DNA of 64,000 bases from a virus. Its lineage: Duplodnaviria; Heunggongvirae; Uroviricota; Caudoviricetes. Positions 62,943 to 64,000 of this stretch are shown here, in pieces. The stretch's first letter is position 1. Each line of letters begins with the position of its first letter. The stretch is taken from the IMG/VR virus record IMGVR_UViG_3300042382_000594; one strand, 5' to 3'. The notes under the pieces were generated by a model. It was not told where the DNA came from. It made no database searches and was given only the letters and a program-made list of their open reading frames with translations. Position numbers and translations under genes: made by a program.

Positions 62943-64000
62943 TTAAAACTGGGACTTTATTTCGGCTACACTGAAGCTATTACTGTATGCCACATTCTTC
63001 CAGGTCAATAAACTACCAACTTGTACTGGACTTGATCTTGAAGTAGTATCGCCTAATCCTAATTGTCCATAACCATTATATCCCCAAGCCCATGAAGACC
63101 CATCGGTTTTTATAGCTCTAGTAGAAAAGGATGTAGGCGCGTTTGATATTTTATTCCAGTTTAATAGCGATCCAACTTGTACTGGGCTTGATCTATTGAT
63201 TCTATCGATTAATCCTAACTCACCTTGGGTGTTGGTTCCCCAAGCCCATAAAGACCCATCGGTTTTTGTAGCTACTGTATGAAAGTATCCGCCTGATAGA
63301 TTATTCCAAGTCAATAAATTTCCAACTTGAACTGGGCTTGATCTAAAGGTAGTATCGCCTAATCCTAATTGCCCATATTCATTACCTCCCCAAGCCCACA
63401 AAGACCCATCGGTTTTTGTAGCTAACACGTAGTAGCCACCGCCTGCTACCTTATCCCAAGTTAATAAAGATCCAACTTGAACTGGACTTGATCTAGCAAT
63501 ATTATCGCCTAATCCTAATTGCCCTTGCCAGTTATATCCCCAAGCCCATAAAGACCCATCGGTTTTTGTAGCTACTGTATGAAAGTATCCGCATGCCACA
63601 TTCTTCCAGGTCAATAAACTACCAACTTGTACTGGACTTGATCTTGAAGTAGTATCGCCTAATCCTAACTCTCCAGAAGAGTTATATCCGCAAGCCCATA
63701 AAGATCCATCGGTTTTTGTAGCTAAAGTATATTTTCCTCCACATGATACGTTCTTCCATGTCAATAATGATCCAACTTGTACTGGACTTGATCTATGAGT
63801 ACGATCGCCTAATCCTAACTGACCAAATTCATTATATCCCCAAGCCCATAAAGATCCATCGGTTTTTGTAGCTAAAGTGTGTTGACTCCCGCATGCTAAT
63901 TTATTCCAAGTTGTTAAACTTCCAATTTGTACGGGGCTAGATCTAGAAATAGCATTATCGCCTAATCCTAATTGGCCTAAGCCGTTAGCTCCACAAGAGA
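62943..64000 (-). CDS. RCC1-repeat beta-propeller protein (putative fibre/host-recognition protein), N-terminus beyond window
   Basis: About 52-aa repeats with GELGLGDTTSRSSPVQVGSLLTWKNVA..G.HT.A.KTDGSLWAWG.N (RCC1 blade). The reading frame stays open past the TTG used by the ORF track and continues to the window end. Confidence 0.7.
   Translation of the reverse strand, partial: SCGANGLGQLGLGDNAISRSSPVQIGSLTTWNKLACGSQHTLATKTDGSLWAWGYNEFGQLGLGDRTHRSSPVQVGSLLTWKNVSCGGKYTLATKTDGSLWACGYNSSGELGLGDTTSRSSPVQVGSLLTWKNVACGYFHTVATKTDGSLWAWGYNWQGQLGLGDNIARSSPVQVGSLLTWDKVAGGGYYVLATKTDGSLWAWGGNEYGQLGLGDTTFRSSPVQVGNLLTWNNLSGGYFHTVATKTDGSLWAWGTNTQGELGLIDRINRSSPVQVGSLLNWNKISNAPTSFSTRAIKTDGSSWAWGYNGYGQLGLGDTTSRSSPVQVGSLLTWKNVAYSNSFSVAEIKSQF
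62990..64000. repeat. tandem DNA repeats (about 156-nt unit) encoding the RCC1 blades
   Basis: Near-identical 50-60-nt blocks recur at 63041, 63341 and 63641 (cctaattg.ccat. .cattat. .ccccaagcccat...), and again at 63241 and 63541 (ccaagcccataaagacccatcggtttttgtagctactgtatgaaagtatccgc). Confidence 0.7.

Noticed and set aside
62990-64000. Possibility that the regular approximately 156-nt repeats are a CRISPR array
   Set aside because: Repeats are contiguous coding units of one long open frame (RCC1 blades) with no unique spacers. Period and sequence are inconsistent with CRISPR.

Overview
This window is a T4-like (Straboviridae-type) myovirus genome segment. It is AT-rich and almost entirely coded on the minus strand, and T4 homologues are recognisable by direct motif comparison.

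Conserved modules, as they lie along the window:
- Replication and nucleotide metabolism: class I RNR NrdA/NrdB, MazG, ThyX, gp61 primase, gp41 helicase, UvsX, gp43 polymerase, dCMP deaminase.
- Accessory and replisome genes that follow: Hsp20 and a PAAR protein, then RegA, gp62/gp44 clamp loader, gp45 clamp, a tRNA array, gp1 dNMP kinase and a PDF-like ORF.
- Recombination and late transcription: gp46/gp47, gp55, UvsW, UvsY.
- Structural: gp3, gp23 capsid, gp22, gp21, gp20 portal, gp19, gp18, gp17/gp16 terminase, gp15, gp14, gp13.

The gene order (g61...g41-uvsX-g43-regA-g62-g44-g45...g46-g47-g55-uvsW-uvsY-g3-g23...g13) and the auxiliary genes (Hsp20, MazG, ThyX, PDF-like, SPFH) resemble marine cyano- or pelagi-myophages. 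This is inference from composition and gene content, not an identification.

Unusual content, in window order:
1. An approximately 10-kb sugar-nucleotide and glycosyltransferase cluster (about 11.7-21.6 kb). It encodes what looks like a complete NDP-heptose pathway (GmhA, GHMP heptose kinase, HAD phosphatase fused to a cytidylyltransferase, SDR epimerase, RmlB-like 4,6-dehydratase) plus several GT-A/GT-B transferases.
2. Three GIY-YIG homing-endonuclease-like genes. Two sit on the plus strand behind a shared late-promoter-plus-hairpin element.
3. A plus-strand island encoding a 2OG-Fe(II) oxygenase and a GT-A glycosyltransferase, with its own promoter and a bidirectional terminator. It sits between gp3 and gp23.
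4. A second modification module beyond gp13: APS-kinase-like, SAM methyltransferase, TPR+GT9 heptosyltransferase and sulfotransferase. It abuts an RCC1-repeat beta-propeller protein built from near-identical DNA tandem repeats that runs off the window end.

No CRISPR array, rRNA or obvious integrase was seen.
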